NCBI GenBank assembly: GCA_963848295.1
Contig: CAWKDB010000010.1
Coordinates: 2,784,001-2,848,000 of the forward strand
Direction: 5' to 3'
Source: an uncultured delta proteobacterium
Lineage (GTDB): Bacteria; Myxococcota_A; Polyangia; Haliangiales; Haliangiaceae
Length of the DNA stretch: 64,000 nt
A program made the position numbers and the translations under genes. This document shows positions 10,117-21,544 of this stretch, piece after piece (positions within the stretch are counted from its first letter, which is position 1; each line of letters starts with the position of its first letter). The notes beneath the pieces are model-generated. The model worked only from the letters and a program-made list of their open reading frames with translations, was not told the DNA's origin and did not search any database.

Positions 10117-11983
10117 CGAGCGTTCGGATGGGCCCGTTCAACTGATACTCGGGTACGATCTCGCATAGCCGACCGCGGATCTGTTGCGCATCGGCACCAT
10201 CGTTCGCGACGGCCATGAGGCCGTCGATCGCTTGGAGCACTTGAGCCCACTCGTGCGGGTTGATCCGGCCGATATAGATCTTTGGGTGTTTGGTCTTGTC
10301 GGCCTTTTCGCTATCAGTCGCGAGCTCCTCCCGCAGCTTCTCGCCCGGTCGAACGCCCGTGTACTTGACCTCGATGTCGATCCCCGGGCGCAGACCGGAG
10401 AGTGAGATCAAGTCGTGTGCGAGATCGACGATCCGAACTGGCTTGCCCATGTCGAGAATGAAGATCTCGCCGCCGCTCCCCATCGCGCCGGCCTGGAGCA
10501 CGAGTTGGCTCGCCTCGCGGATCGTCATGAAGTACCGGGTCATGTCGGGATGCGTGACCGTGACAGGTCCACCGCGCGATATCTGTTCGCGGAAGATCGG
10601 CACCGCGCTTCCAGCGGACCCAAGCACGTTGCCGAATCGGACGGTGACGTAGCGAGTTTTGCTCCGTTGCGACATCGCCTGCGTATAGATCTCGGCCACG
10701 CGCTTCGACGCCCCCATTACCGACGATGGGTTCACTGCTTTGTCCGTCGAGATCAAGACGAACCGCTCGACACCAAACCGGTGCGAGAGATCGGCGACGA
10801 CGCGAGTGCCGCCGATGTTGTTCTTGACAGCCTCGCCCGGGTTCCATTCCATCATCGGCACGTGCTTGTGAGCGGCGGCATGGAACACCAGGTCCGGCTT
10901 GAAGGCCTCGAACAACCCGATCATGCGCGGCTCGTCGGAGACATCGGCGACGCGAGGATCAAGTGCGACGTGAGGGAAAGCCGCGACGAGCTCGCGATGA
11001 ATCTCGAACAACGCGTTCTCGAACCGTTCGACCAGCACCAGGCGTTGTGGGCCGAACTGGCACAGGATCCGGCACAGGTCCGAGCCGATGCTGCCACCGG
11101 CGCCGGTCACGAACACGACGCGACCACGGATCGTCGCACCGATATTCTCTTCGTCGAGTGCGACCGGTTCGCGCCCGAGCAAGTCTTCGATTGCTACCTC
11201 GCGGATCCGCGACAGGTTCACGTTGTTGCCGACGAGCTCGTAGATGCCGGGAATGATCTTGGTTTCGAGCCCTGCGTCGCGGCATAGCTGGTTGATCCGC
11301 CGGATCTGCGCGCCGGACGCATTTGCGATCGCGATCAGCGCACGCCTTGCACGCATCCGCTGGGCAATCTCGGCAACATCCGAAGTGCTACCGAGCACGC
11401 GTAATCCGGCGATCTGCGTTCCGATCTTGAGCGGGTCGTCATCGAGATATCCAACCGCTTGCAGGCCCAGATCTGGGCGACGTGCCAATTCGTGGGCGAC
11501 GAGCACGCCGGCCTGACCCGCGCCGATCAACAACGCGCGATGCCGAATGCCCTCGGTGCGCCGCGTGCCACGCTCGATCACTTCGGCGCGAATGCGCCAG
11601 GCGCCGCGCACGCCAACTAACCCGACGAACGCGAGGATCAGATCCATCGCGATGACCCCGAGCGGAATCGCGAAGATGGCCTGGCCGAGCTGCGGCAGCA
11701 CGAGTCGGAACACCACAAGCACGCCGGTCGACGCCGCGACCGCTATGGCGACCCGCAACGTGTCTCGGATGTTGATGTAGCGCCACGACATGCGCGGTAC
11801 ATCGAACGCCCGAAGCCCGAAGTACTGGACCAGCGCGACGTACGGCCAATTGAACAGCAGGACGTTCAGACCGCTACGCGGGATCTGGAACTCGAATCGG
11901 AACAGAAACGCGAGCCAATAGGCGATGGACAGCACGACGAAATCGAGCGCGGTGCGAAGGCTCTGGCTCAGAAAACGCGGCAT
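10076..11983 (-). CDS. Membrane-anchored UDP-sugar 4,6-dehydratase (CapD/PglF/WbpM family)
   Basis: N-terminal TM helices; VTGAGGSIGS, HAAAHKHVP, ISTDKAVNP, VRFGNVLGS, RPGEKL. Confidence 0.95.
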   Translation of the reverse strand: MPRFLSQSLRTALDFVVLSIAYWLAFLFRFEFQIPRSGLNVLLFNWPYVALVQYFGLRAFDVPRMSWRYINIRDTLRVAIAVAASTGVLVVFRLVLPQLGQAIFAIPLGVIAMDLILAFVGLVGVRGAWRIRAEVIERGTRRTEGIRHRALLIGAGQAGVLVAHELARRPDLGLQAVGYLDDDPLKIGTQIAGLRVLGSTSDVAEIAQRMRARRALIAIANASGAQIRRINQLCRDAGLETKIIPGIYELVGNNVNLSRIREVAIEDLLGREPVALDEENIGATIRGRVVFVTGAGGSIGSDLCRILCQFGPQRLVLVERFENALFEIHRELVAAFPHVALDPRVADVSDEPRMIGLFEAFKPDLVFHAAAHKHVPMMEWNPGEAVKNNIGGTRVVADLSHRFGVERFVLISTDKAVNPSSVMGASKRVAEIYTQAMSQRSKTRYVTVRFGNVLGSAGSAVPIFREQISRGGPVTVTHPDMTRYFMTIREASQLVLQAGAMGSGGEIFILDMGKPVRIVDLAHDLISLSGLRPGIDIEVKYTGVRPGEKLREELATDSEKADKTKHPKIYIGRINPHEWAQVLQAIDGLMAVANDGADAQQIRGRLCEIVPEYQLNGPIRTLDDAVDVDEAIAPN

Positions 11984-12168
11984 GTACGGCGGGGATTAGT
12001 TGCAGCAGAACTAGTCAGTGTTCAGCGCCGCGGACACTAGCCGATCACCCGACCGGTTCGCACATGTAACGCACACGGGAGCGCGTAGATGGCCACCCGA
12101 ATTGATGTTTTTCGCCCCAAGTCAGGCGATCCGTGCGCTGGCGTCGCGGTTTGCGCTAGCTTGGGACC

Positions 12169-13573
12169 GTGGCTGGCTTAGCGGACCGGATCTACGCCCG
12201 CTCTCCGGTAGTCCTTCAGCATGCGATGGTCTCGGCTTTCGGGGCGCGATGGCGTTGGCGGCGGTTTGGCCCGGGGTTCGGAGCGGAGCGCGACGGCTTC
12301 ATCGCGCGCGAGACTTACACGGCGGATGAATGGCGCGACTATCAAACACACGCGCTGCGAGAGCTGATCACGCTCGCTGCGTCTCGGATTCCGTATTACC
12401 AGCGCGCGTGGCGAGGTCTGGGCCTGACCGGCAGTTCGATCGCACGCTTCGAGCTTGGAGACCTCGCGGCGTTGCCAATCCTCGAAAAAGACGCGCCCCG
12501 AGCCGAGCCGGAAGCGTTTTGTGTGGACGGCGTCCCGCCGCGCGGGGCGGTGATCTCGTCCGACTAGCGGATCGACTGGGACGCCGGTTCGCGTATTCGT
12601 GACGAACCGCGAGCTCCGCCGGTCGCTCGCGCTGCGCGAGGCGCGGAGCTGTCGTCCGGCCGGGGTTTCGTTCTCGATGCCTCGAGCGACGTTTAGCGGT
12701 CGGCTGGTCGAGCCACGGGCCGATTCATCCGGCCCGTTCCACCGCTTCAATCTGTTCGAACGCCAAGTCTATTTCTCCGCGTTTCATCTCGCTCCCAAGA
12801 ATGCGGTCGCCTATGTCGAGCCGTTGCGCCGCCACGGCGTGGTGTGGGGCACCGGTTACACCCACGCGTGGGAAGAGCTGGCTGGGTTCATGATCGAGCA
12901 AGGCATCGCGCCGCCGCCGCTGCTGAAAGCGATCATCACGACGAGCGAGAAGTTGACGTCTGCGGGACGAGCGACGATCGAGCGCGCGTTTGGTTGCCGC
13001 GTGTTTCAGGAATACGGCACGGTCGAAGACGCGCTGTTCGCGAGCGAGCACGCGGACGGTCGACTTCGCCTGTCGCCCGACGCGGGCATCTTGGAGTTGC
13101 GGCGCGGCGACGGAACGATTGTCGCGCCGACATCGAGCGACGAAGGCGAGACGATCACGACGAGCTTCATACGTCGCGGTCAGCTGTTCATTCGCTACCG
13201 ACTCGGTGACGTCGCGGCGTGGGATCAGGCTCCCGATCCGTCGGGTCTCGCTCTGCCGATCCTGGCTGACGTCGTCGGACGTCTCGAGGATATCGTCGAG
13301 GCCCCCGACGGCCGGCGCACGGTTCGCTTCCACGGCATCTTCACCGAGCTCCCAGGAGTGCGCGAGGCCCAGGTCGTGCAAATCGCGCGCGATCGGCTGC
13401 GCATCCGCGTGGTCCCGACTGCTCAGTTCACCGATGCGACCGTGCGCGATATCATCTCGCGCGTCCACGCCCGGCTGACCGACGCGATGCACGTCGAGGT
13501 CGAGCGCGTCGACGCGATCGCACGCACGAGTGCCGGCAAGTTTCGCGCGGTGATCAACGAGATGCCACGCTAG
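12169..13573 (+). CDS. Phenylacetate-CoA ligase-like (CapK-type) adenylating protein, split by one frameshift near 12559
   Basis: ORFs 12169..12567 and 12599..13573 join if one base is removed, restoring the AMP-binding loop TSGSTGTP; also YGTVE, IRYRLGD, SAGKFR. Confidence 0.85.
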
Positions 13574-15837
13574 TCATTCGTAGCGCCTGTAGCGTTTTCG
13601 CGATCCACGGCCGGCCCGCCGAGCGGTCGGGGGTGCCGCGGAGCGTCGCGGCGGCGAGGTCGCGGTGGCCCTCGGCGGCGAGGAGCGCGGCGAACTCGCA
13701 GAGCTGCCAGGTCGCGAAGTACGGGCACGTGATACGCGGCGAAGAAGTCGACGGGCAGCGCGTAGACGGCCTCGTCGAGCTTGCTGCGATCGGCGAAGCC
13801 GGTGCCGGCGACGACGCAGCCGCCGCCGAAGAACTGCGGCGCGGGCGCGGACGAGCGCGGCGAGCGAGCGCGGCGCGCCGTACGCCGGCGCGGTCGGGGT
13901 CGCCGCGGCGGCGAGCGCGTCGAGCTGCGCGGCGATCGGCTCGGCGTTCGCCGGATCGATCACGCCGGCGACGAACAGGCACGCGCCGCGTTCGCGCGCG
14001 GCGTCGTCGGCGCCGCCCGGCAGGCACGGCGCGACGGTGGCGCGCGCGAGGTCGAGGTCGCCGTCGATCCACTGCAGCATCGCGAGCGCGGCGCGGCGCA
14101 GCGGGCGGCGCGATGGGCCGGCTTTGTCGAGCGCGCGCTGGTAGAGCTCCTTCGCGCGCGCGTGATCGCCGCGCAGCGCGAGCACCTTCGCGAGGCCGGC
14201 GAGGGTGTCTTCGCCTTCGCTGAGGCGCACCGCGTCTTCGGCGGCGGCGACGGCTTCGTCGAGCTTGCCGGCGGCGGCGAGGGTCGTCGCGTAGACGCCG
14301 ACCGCATCGGCCTCGCCGGGGAACGCGTCGCGGTACAGCTTGCCGATCGCGAGCGCCTCGTCCGGTTGGTCGAGGTAGAGCAGCACCGACGAGTCGTGGT
14401 CGTAGATCCGACCGCGGAATTGCTCGGCGGGCTCGGCGAGCAGCGCGCGATACTCGTCGCGCGCCGCTGTCGTAGTGGCCCGCGCGCCAGTCGAGCTCGG
14501 CGGTCCAGAACGCGAGCTCGCGATCGGCGGGGGCGCCCGAGGCGACGAGCGCGGCGCGCGCGGCGACCGGGCCACTCTCGACCAGCGCGATCGCGGCGTC
14601 GAGCAGCGCGCGGTCTTTGCCGTGCTCGCTCGTCGCAGGGCGCGCGCGACTCGCCGCGGCCAGCGCGGTCTGGCGATCGGCGAGCGAGGCGCCGCCGAAC
14701 AGCAGCATGTACGCGTTCGCGCGCGGATGCTCGGGCGACACCGCGAGCGCGGCGCGCAGCGACGACAGCGCCTTCTCGTTGTAGAACACGTCGTATTCCT
14801 CGAGCGCGTGCTGGACGTACTCGTCGCCCGGACCGAGCGGCGCGACGCGATGAGCGCGCCACCACCACGCGCCGACTGCGAGCGCGACGACCGCGATCAG
14901 CCGCGCTCGCGATCATCGGGCCGCGGCGGATGCGCGGTGCCGCCAGCGCATCGCGCTCGGCCGCGATCGCATCGCGGAGCTCGACCATCGACGGATAGCG
15001 CGCCGCCGGATCCTTCGCGAGGGCGCGCATCGCGATCGCGGCGACCGCAGGCGGCACCTTTGCGAGCGGCGGCGGTGGCTCGCTCGCGATCTTGGCGAAC
15101 AGCTCGTCGATCGATCCGGTCGCGGCGAACGCGGGCTTGCCGGCGAGGATCTCGTACGCGAGCATGCCGAGCGAGTAGACCTCGCTGCGCTCGTCGGGGA
15201 CGCCGCCCGCGACTTGCTCGGGCGACATGTACATCGGCGTCCCGATCAGCGAGCCGGCTTGGGTCTCGTAGCTCACCGGCGACAGCGTCGCGTCGAGCGC
15301 GATCGCCTGTGGCGAGGGTCCGGAGGCGGCCGCCGGCGCCGGCGACGAGCCGTCGCGCAGCTTCGCGAGGCCGAAGTCCAGCACCTTGACGCCGCCGTCG
15401 TTCGCGATCATCACGTTCGCCGCTTTGAGATCGCGATGCAGGATGCCGCGCGCGTGAGCGGCGACGAGCGCATCGGCGATCCCCGCGATCCATTTCAGGC
15501 CGACCGCGAGCTCGGGCGCGCCCGACTTGCGCAGCACGTCGTTGAGCGTGCGGCCCTCGACGAGCTCCATCACGAGGATGTCGCTGCCGCCCTGGTCGTG
15601 CTCGACGATGTCGAACAACGTGACGACGTTCGCGTGGCGGATCGCGGCGGCGGCGCGCGCTTCGCGCAGCACGCGCACGCGGTGTTCGGCGTCGCTCGCG
15701 AGATCGGGCACGAGCACCTTGACCGCGACGTAGCGATCGAGCCGCTCGTCGCGCGCGCGCCACACCTCGCCCATCGCGCCTTTGCCGAGCTGCGAGACGA
15801 ACCGATACGGTCCGATCAGATCGCCGGGCTCGGGCAC
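13554..15837 (-). CDS. Hanks-type Ser/Thr protein kinase with TM helix and C-terminal TPR-like region; several frameshifts
   Basis: LGKGAMGEVW, VAVK, HRDLKAANVM, DFG, GTPMYMSPEQ; coding sense hops between three minus-strand frames near 14905, 14468, 13845 and 13730. Confidence 0.85.
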
Positions 15838-15854
15838 GGGCGCATCGTACCGCG

Positions 15855-17009
15855 CTACGGCGTCACGACGGAGATCGACGGCGATGAGGTCACGCCCGGC
15901 ACCGCGACGTTCGCGCGGATGTAGCCGATACCGCCGCCGCCGCCCCCGCCCGAGACCCCCGCGTTGGCCGTGCCGTTCGTCGCCGCGATCGCCGCCGCCG
16001 CGCCGTTGCCACCCTCGACCAAGTACATGCCACCGAGCGCCGGCGTCGTCGGCGCTGCTTCCGACGGATCATGGCCATCGGTGCCAGAGTCCTGCGAGTC
16101 GCCCGCGCTCGTCCCGCCACCGCCGTTCGCCATCACCGCGCCACCGGTCGCGCCGATCACCGGCGCATAGAGCACGAGCATGCCGCCCGTGCCGCCGCCG
16201 CTGCCACCGGTGCCGAGCCCGGAGGTCAAGCCCCCTGCCCCGGACACGTCGATCAGCCCGGTCGGCTCGATCGCGATCGCGGTGCCGGCGACGAGGTAGA
16301 CCGCGCCGCCGCCCGGTCCGGGATTCGACGTGTCACCGATTCCCGGAAGCGAGCCGTGCTGGCCGGAGCAACCGCCGCGCAACGTCGTCGGTGGCGCGAG
16401 CGCGGTCCCGGGTTGGCCGCCGACGTTCATGCCCGACTTGCCGCCGTGCCCGCCTTCGTCGACGAACGAGCCTCCCGCGCCGCCGCCCGCTTCGCCCGGG
16501 CCACTGCCGGTCGGAGTCTGCGCGAACGGGTTGCAGGGTCCGGCGGCGCTGGCCGGCCCGGTCTTGGGATCAGTCACGTTGCGGCTCGCGGCATCGAGCG
16601 TGCCTGCGATCGTCAGCGTGCCGGTCGCGACGACGACGAGCGGTCGCGATCCGGTCACCGCGATCGTGCCGTTGCCGCCGATCGTGACGTCGGTGCCGAT
16701 CACGAAGCACGCGTCCGGTTGCGCCGGCGTCCAGCCGGGCGGTTGCGTGTTCGCGCACTCGACGCTCGTCGTGGTGTCGAGCGCGGTCGGTAGCGTCGCG
16801 GGTGCGATCGGCAGCGTGGCGAGGCAGACGGCGAACGAGCCCGAGCCGAAGCACTGTTGCGCATCGGCCGGAGGACCATCGTTCGCGGCATCGCCGGCGA
16901 CATCCGCCTCGCCGCCGTCGCGCAGCCGCGGCGAATCGATGCCGAACACCTCGCGGCAACCGGGAAGCGCGGCGAACGCCAGGGCGATGACGAGCCGGCG
17001 CGTGCGCAC
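15855..17009 (-). CDS. Glycine-rich putative lipoprotein / surface protein
   Basis: GTG start, signal peptide with lipobox LPGC, repeated GGGAGG/GGSGG segments. Confidence 0.65.
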   Translation of the reverse strand: MRTRRLVIALAFAALPGCREVFGIDSPRLRDGGEADVAGDAANDGPPADAQQCFGSGSFAVCLATLPIAPATLPTALDTTTSVECANTQPPGWTPAQPDACFVIGTDVTIGGNGTIAVTGSRPLVVVATGTLTIAGTLDAASRNVTDPKTGPASAAGPCNPFAQTPTGSGPGEAGGGAGGSFVDEGGHGGKSGMNVGGQPGTALAPPTTLRGGCSGQHGSLPGIGDTSNPGPGGGAVYLVAGTAIAIEPTGLIDVSGAGGLTSGLGTGGSGGGTGGMLVLYAPVIGATGGAVMANGGGGTSAGDSQDSGTDGHDPSEAAPTTPALGGMYLVEGGNGAAAAIAATNGTANAGVSGGGGGGGIGYIRANVAVPGVTSSPSISVVTP

Positions 17010-17035
17010 GTCACCATGATACGCCCCGCGTGCGG

Positions 17036-17905
17036 TCAAGGCGCCAGGAAATCGACGAGCGCCTTCGCGAAGTCGTCGGGGTCTTGCCACAGCGCGAAGT
17101 GCGACGTGTCCTTGAAGACGATCAGCTTGGCGTTCGGGATCAGCTTCGCCATCTCCTCGACCTGATCGAGCACGATCACCTCGTCGTGATCGCCATCGGC
17201 GACGATGGTCGGCGCCTTGATCGCGCGCAGCTGATCCTTCGTGAAGCCCATCGGGTTGCGCCACACCGGCAGCATCCAGTCGACGAGCGCGTCGAACTGC
17301 TTCGGCGTCGCGGACATCCGCTCGTAGTCGACGCGGCACTTCGCGGCGTAGCCGGTGAACGTCGCGGACCGGGCATTGCCTCGCGGCTTCGAGCCGTTCG
17401 CGTCGTAGTTCGTGCCGAACACGAACAGCTTGGCGACCCGATCGGGATGGCTGATCGCGAGCTTGAGCGCGATCTCGCCGCCGTCGCTCCAGCCGACGAA
17501 CGACGCGCGTGCGATCGAGAGATGATCCATCACCGCGAGCACGTCGTCGGCCATCACGTCATAGCTCGGCGCGGCCTTCGTGCGCGTGCTCCGGCCCTGA
17601 CCGCGACTGTCGATCACGATCACGCCGAGCTTGTCGACGAGCGCGGGGAGCTCGAACGCCCAGTGATCGGAGTTGCCGAGGCCACCGTGCAGCAAGACCA
17701 CCGGCGGGTTGGTCGCGACGCCGTAGCGCGCGTAGTAGATGTGCGCGCCCGCCGAGTCGACGGTCCCGTGATCGACCGCGGCGGGCATCGCCGGCGGCAG
17801 CGGCAGCTCTTGCCACCTCGGCTTCGGCGTGGCGAACGCTCGCGCGGCGACGCCGAGCGCAAACATCACGACCAGCGGGATCCTCACCCATCGATCATGG
17901 CGCAC
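17036..17905 (-). CDS. Secreted alpha/beta hydrolase
   Basis: Signal peptide; LLHGG, DSRGQGRS, GWSDGG nucleophile elbow, C-terminal His (TSHFA). Confidence 0.9.
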   Translation of the reverse strand: MRHDRWVRIPLVVMFALGVAARAFATPKPRWQELPLPPAMPAAVDHGTVDSAGAHIYYARYGVATNPPVVLLHGGLGNSDHWAFELPALVDKLGVIVIDSRGQGRSTRTKAAPSYDVMADDVLAVMDHLSIARASFVGWSDGGEIALKLAISHPDRVAKLFVFGTNYDANGSKPRGNARSATFTGYAAKCRVDYERMSATPKQFDALVDWMLPVWRNPMGFTKDQLRAIKAPTIVADGDHDEVIVLDQVEEMAKLIPNAKLIVFKDTSHFALWQDPDDFAKALVDFLAP

Positions 17906-17921
17906 ACCGCGCTCGATGTCT

Positions 17922-19166
17922 CTAGTGGACGAGCGCGAGCGTCAGCTTCATCGTCTGCTCGATCGGCGAGCCGGCCTTGTCGTGCGGCGGCACGAATCGC
18001 CACCGCATCATCTCGCCGGTGATGCACGCGTCGACCTGCGGCGACACGCCCGACGCCGACGGGTCGGTGACGTGGCCGTTCTCCGCGACGGTGAACTCGA
18101 GCGCGACGCTGCCGGCGAGCCCGCGGTCGCCGGACAGGCCCGCGTCGTAGCAGCGCATCAGGCCTGCCAAGTACAAGCTGTTGATCTTGTCGAGCACGGC
18201 TTGCGGCAGCAGCGTCGTCCTGAGGTCGGTGTGGATCGGACCGACGTCGATCCGCGGGCCGATCGTCTCGGGGCGGTGATGCGTGATGGCGTAGCGCGGA
18301 TCGTCGACCGCGTGGTCGTGGCGGTCGGTGCCGATCCGCGGGCCAACGCCGGGTCGCGACGTGTGGCCGTTGTCGCCGATCGTGATGACGTGATGGGAGG
18401 CGTCCTCGATCTGCTTCTCGAGATCCGCGCCCGGGCTGCGCGGGTTGATCTCGGTCAGGCCATCGGGTCCGGCGTTCGGGCCGGTGAGGATCGCGGCCAT
18501 CCGCGTCGCGTCGTCGAGGCTCGGCGGTGCCGGCGCGGCGTCCGGCGTGACGTGCGGCGCGTGATGGGGGACCGCGATCGGTGCTCGCGGGCCGTCGTGC
18601 TCGGGTGTCGCGAGGCCGGGCGCCGGCGTCTGGTCCGGCGGCAGGTCGACCGTCTCGATCACGTATTGCGCTTGCGCGATCGGCTCCATCACGTCGCGCT
18701 CGGGCGCATCGGTCGCCCACGCGCACGCCGCGATCGACATGTGAACGACGAGCGAGCCAGCGATGATCGTCGCGAGTCGGCCGTCGATCCGGTCGCTGAA
18801 CCTGCCGCGAATCGATGCCGGCAGCCGCGGCGGCGGCACGAGCGGGCGCGCGGCGATATCCTGAAACAGCAGCGTCAGCTCGCCGAGCACGAGCTTGCCG
18901 CGCACGCCGTGGTCGAGCGCGACGTCACCGCCGGTGATCGCGGTCACGGCGGGGTCGCCGGAGCGACCGATCCGACCGGTCATCCCGGGCGGGAGTCGCA
19001 GCACGCCGCCGGCGACGAGCACGTGGTCGCGCGGCGCCGCGTCGACCGGGACCGACAGCTTGCAGCGCAGCGATTGGCCGAACGTGATCGGCGTGTTGCC
19101 GTCGAAGATCCGCTCCTCGACCAGCTGGCCGCCGAGCACCACACCGATGCGTAGACTTCGAGCCAT
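17922..19166 (-). CDS. GltG/PglI/AgmX-like protein (N-terminal FHA-like region, TM helix, TonB-C-like C-terminus); paralog of 28223..29602
   Basis: Shares LRIGVxLGGxxVEER, RGKLxLGxLT, LPASxRG, PGADLxxQI and YxAGLxRCY blocks with the gene at 28223..29602. Confidence 0.7.
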   Translation of the reverse strand: MARSLRIGVVLGGQLVEERIFDGNTPITFGQSLRCKLSVPVDAAPRDHVLVAGGVLRLPPGMTGRIGRSGDPAVTAITGGDVALDHGVRGKLVLGELTLLFQDIAARPLVPPPRLPASIRGRFSDRIDGRLATIIAGSLVVHMSIAACAWATDAPERDVMEPIAQAQYVIETVDLPPDQTPAPGLATPEHDGPRAPIAVPHHAPHVTPDAAPAPPSLDDATRMAAILTGPNAGPDGLTEINPRSPGADLEKQIEDASHHVITIGDNGHTSRPGVGPRIGTDRHDHAVDDPRYAITHHRPETIGPRIDVGPIHTDLRTTLLPQAVLDKINSLYLAGLMRCYDAGLSGDRGLAGSVALEFTVAENGHVTDPSASGVSPQVDACITGEMMRWRFVPPHDKAGSPIEQTMKLTLALVH

Positions 19167-19323
19167 CGGGTGACAACGCACCACCGAGGCATTCGATCTC
19201 TGGATTGCGATGACTCGGTGAACTGGACGACGGAAACCCCGCGTGGAAACCACCGGCTTGGGCGGTCCTCATCGGCTCCCCACGATCGTGCCCCTGTCGT
19301 AGGCTCTTGGTAGGATCATTAAC

Positions 19324-19754
19324 ATGGACCGCGTTGCTTTCGAGGCGGTGAGGGATATCCCAGGAAGCTGATCCGTGTCGACATCCGGCTCGCGGTACGC
19401 CGGCAGACCCAACCTTCGCTCGTCGCGGAGAACATCGTGATCGAGAACGACAGTGCCGTCGCGCTACGCTTGAACATCAACTACAACCCCGAGGTCGGAT
19501 CCAAGACGTTCAACGTTACTGCTGGCGGCGTCGGACCGATCTGTCGTCTCGATGTTGACGGACCTGCGCACCGCCCCGCAGGCCGCAGTCACAAACACTC
19601 CCTACAGACCGATCGCTGCCCTGAGCGCAACCTGCCCGACAACGTGGACGACCGTGCCGATCTCGCCGGCAAGACCATCGCCGAGCTGTTTGCGATTTTC
19701 TGCCAGATGGCCGACATCACTCACCAAGGAACCTTCTTCCCCCCAACCACCTAG
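19324..19754 (+). CDS. Hypothetical protein, DUF6978-like; frameshift near 19363
   Basis: ATG at 19324 joins ORF 19437..19754 with one added base; ICRLDVDGPAH...HKH motif; stop abuts the next ATG. Confidence 0.55.
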
Positions 19755-20543
19755 ATGGCGAACATCCAAGACATCGAGCTGATCGCCGACGACCTATGCA
19801 TGGTCCGTGGCAAGGACGTAGTCCCGAGGGGACACCTTCGACTTGAGACCAAGTTCCTGTACCCCGACCGCTCGTCAGTGGACCTGTTCGTGGTGAACGG
19901 CACCCAGCAGCAGCTGCTCACCGGCTCAGCGGTTCTGAGTGACCTCGGACAGACCACGTCCTGGCTGGCGGATGTCCAGGTCAGGCCGTGGCAGTCGAAG
20001 AAGCGCCAGCGATTCCTAGAAGACGCGATCTATGTCCTCGGCATCAGGCAGAACGGTGGCGCGCTGGAGACGGAGTTCGCGCCGAATCACCAGGAGCTGG
20101 AGGACGCCGTGGTTCGCCTTGGTCAGGCGTGCGTCCGGGTAGCTGACCTGTCCTTCACGCGACGCAGCAGCCTCGTAGTCACCGCGACAGATGAGGTCGA
20201 GGAGCTGATCTCCGACGCCGACCTCGCGTACCAGGCCAACGCGCCGCTACAGGGTCGGCACGGCAACGTCGTGGTCGTCGACTTCCTGGTCGAGGGTCGC
20301 CGCCGGAAGTCCGCGGTTCTAACGCTCGCGGCGCAATCGGCAGCAACGGCGCACACGGCGGCCAACGAGGTCTTCCGAAAGCACTACGACCTCGACACGC
20401 CTCAGCGCGGCGAGCAACGCGTCACCGTGTACGACGACCGCAACGACGTGTATCGGTCGGAGGATATCGACCGCCTTCGTGACGTGTGCGAAGTGATACC
20501 GCTCTCGGCACGGCAGGATGTCGTGGCGCTGCTCGCCGCGTAG
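19755..20543 (+). CDS. DUF1828/DUF1829-like protein
   Basis: LETKFLYPDRSSVDLFV and VLSDLGQT N-terminal pattern; GRHGNVVVVDFLV C-terminal pattern. Confidence 0.65.
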   Translation: MANIQDIELIADDLCMVRGKDVVPRGHLRLETKFLYPDRSSVDLFVVNGTQQQLLTGSAVLSDLGQTTSWLADVQVRPWQSKKRQRFLEDAIYVLGIRQNGGALETEFAPNHQELEDAVVRLGQACVRVADLSFTRRSSLVVTATDEVEELISDADLAYQANAPLQGRHGNVVVVDFLVEGRRRKSAVLTLAAQSAATAHTAANEVFRKHYDLDTPQRGEQRVTVYDDRNDVYRSEDIDRLRDVCEVIPLSARQDVVALLAA

Positions 20544-20634
20544 CGGACGTCTCCGACGCGGCTTTGCCAGGTCCTTTGCCTACGGCCTTGCTCCCCACTG
20601 GACGATGGTGACCGAGACGGATATACATCTGTGA

Positions 20635-21544
20635 TTGCGGACGTACCGTCAGTCGCACCTGCTCGCGCTCGAGGATGAAGCCGTCCACGTGATGCGCGAG
20701 CTCGCGGCCGAACGCGAGCGGCCGTGTTTGCTGTTCTCGGGCGGCAAGGACTCGATCGTGCTGCTCCGGCTCGCCGAGAAGGCGTTCCGGCCGGCGCGGT
20801 TTCCGTTCCCGCTGTTGCATGTCGACACCGGCCACAACTTCCCCGAGACGCTGGTGTTTCGCGATCGCACCGTCGCGGAGCTCGGCGAGCGGCTGATCGT
20901 CGCGAAGCGTCCAGGACTCGATCGATCGCGGGCGCGTCACCGAAGAGAAAGGCCCGCGAGCCTCGCGCAATCGGTTGCAGACGACGACGTTGCTCGACGC
21001 GATCGAGGAGCATCAGTTCGATGCCGCGATCGGCGGCGCCCGGCGCGATGAAGAGCGCGCGCGTGCCAAGGAGCGGATGTTTTCGCACCGCGACGAGTTC
21101 GGTCAGTGGGATCCGAAGAAGCAGCGCCCGGAGCTGTGGTCGCTGTACAACGGGCGGGTGCGGCGCGGCGAGCACCTCCGCGTGTTCCCGCTGTCGAACT
21201 GGACCGAGCTCGATGTCTGGGAGTACGTCCGGCTCGAGAACATTCCGCTGCCGGCGATCTACTACGCGCACGAGCGCGACGTGTTCGAGCGCGACGGCAT
21301 GTTCTACGCGGCGAACCCGTACGTCACGCTGCTCCCCGGCGAGTCGATCCGCAACGAGGTCGTCCGGTTTCGCACGATCGGCGACATGACCTGCACCGGC
21401 GCGGTGCGATCCCCGGCCAAGACGCTCGACGAAGTGATCGCCGAGGTCGCCGCGGCCCGCATCACCGAGCGCGGCGCGACCAGGGCCGACGATCGCTTCA
21501 CCGAGGCGGCGATGGAAGACCGCAAGCGCGAGGGCTACTTCTGA
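20635..21544 (+). CDS. cysD: Sulfate adenylyltransferase subunit 2; one frameshift near 20906
   Basis: LLFSGGKDS, HVDTGHNF, GGARRDEERARAKER, FPLSNWTELD, MEDRKREGYF; removing one A restores VASVQDSI. Confidence 0.95.

Noticed and set aside
12540..12600. Stop-codon readthrough or programmed frameshift in the CapK-like gene
   Set aside because: The TAG results from a one-base insertion just before TSGSTG; there is no slippery site and similar indels occur throughout the window.
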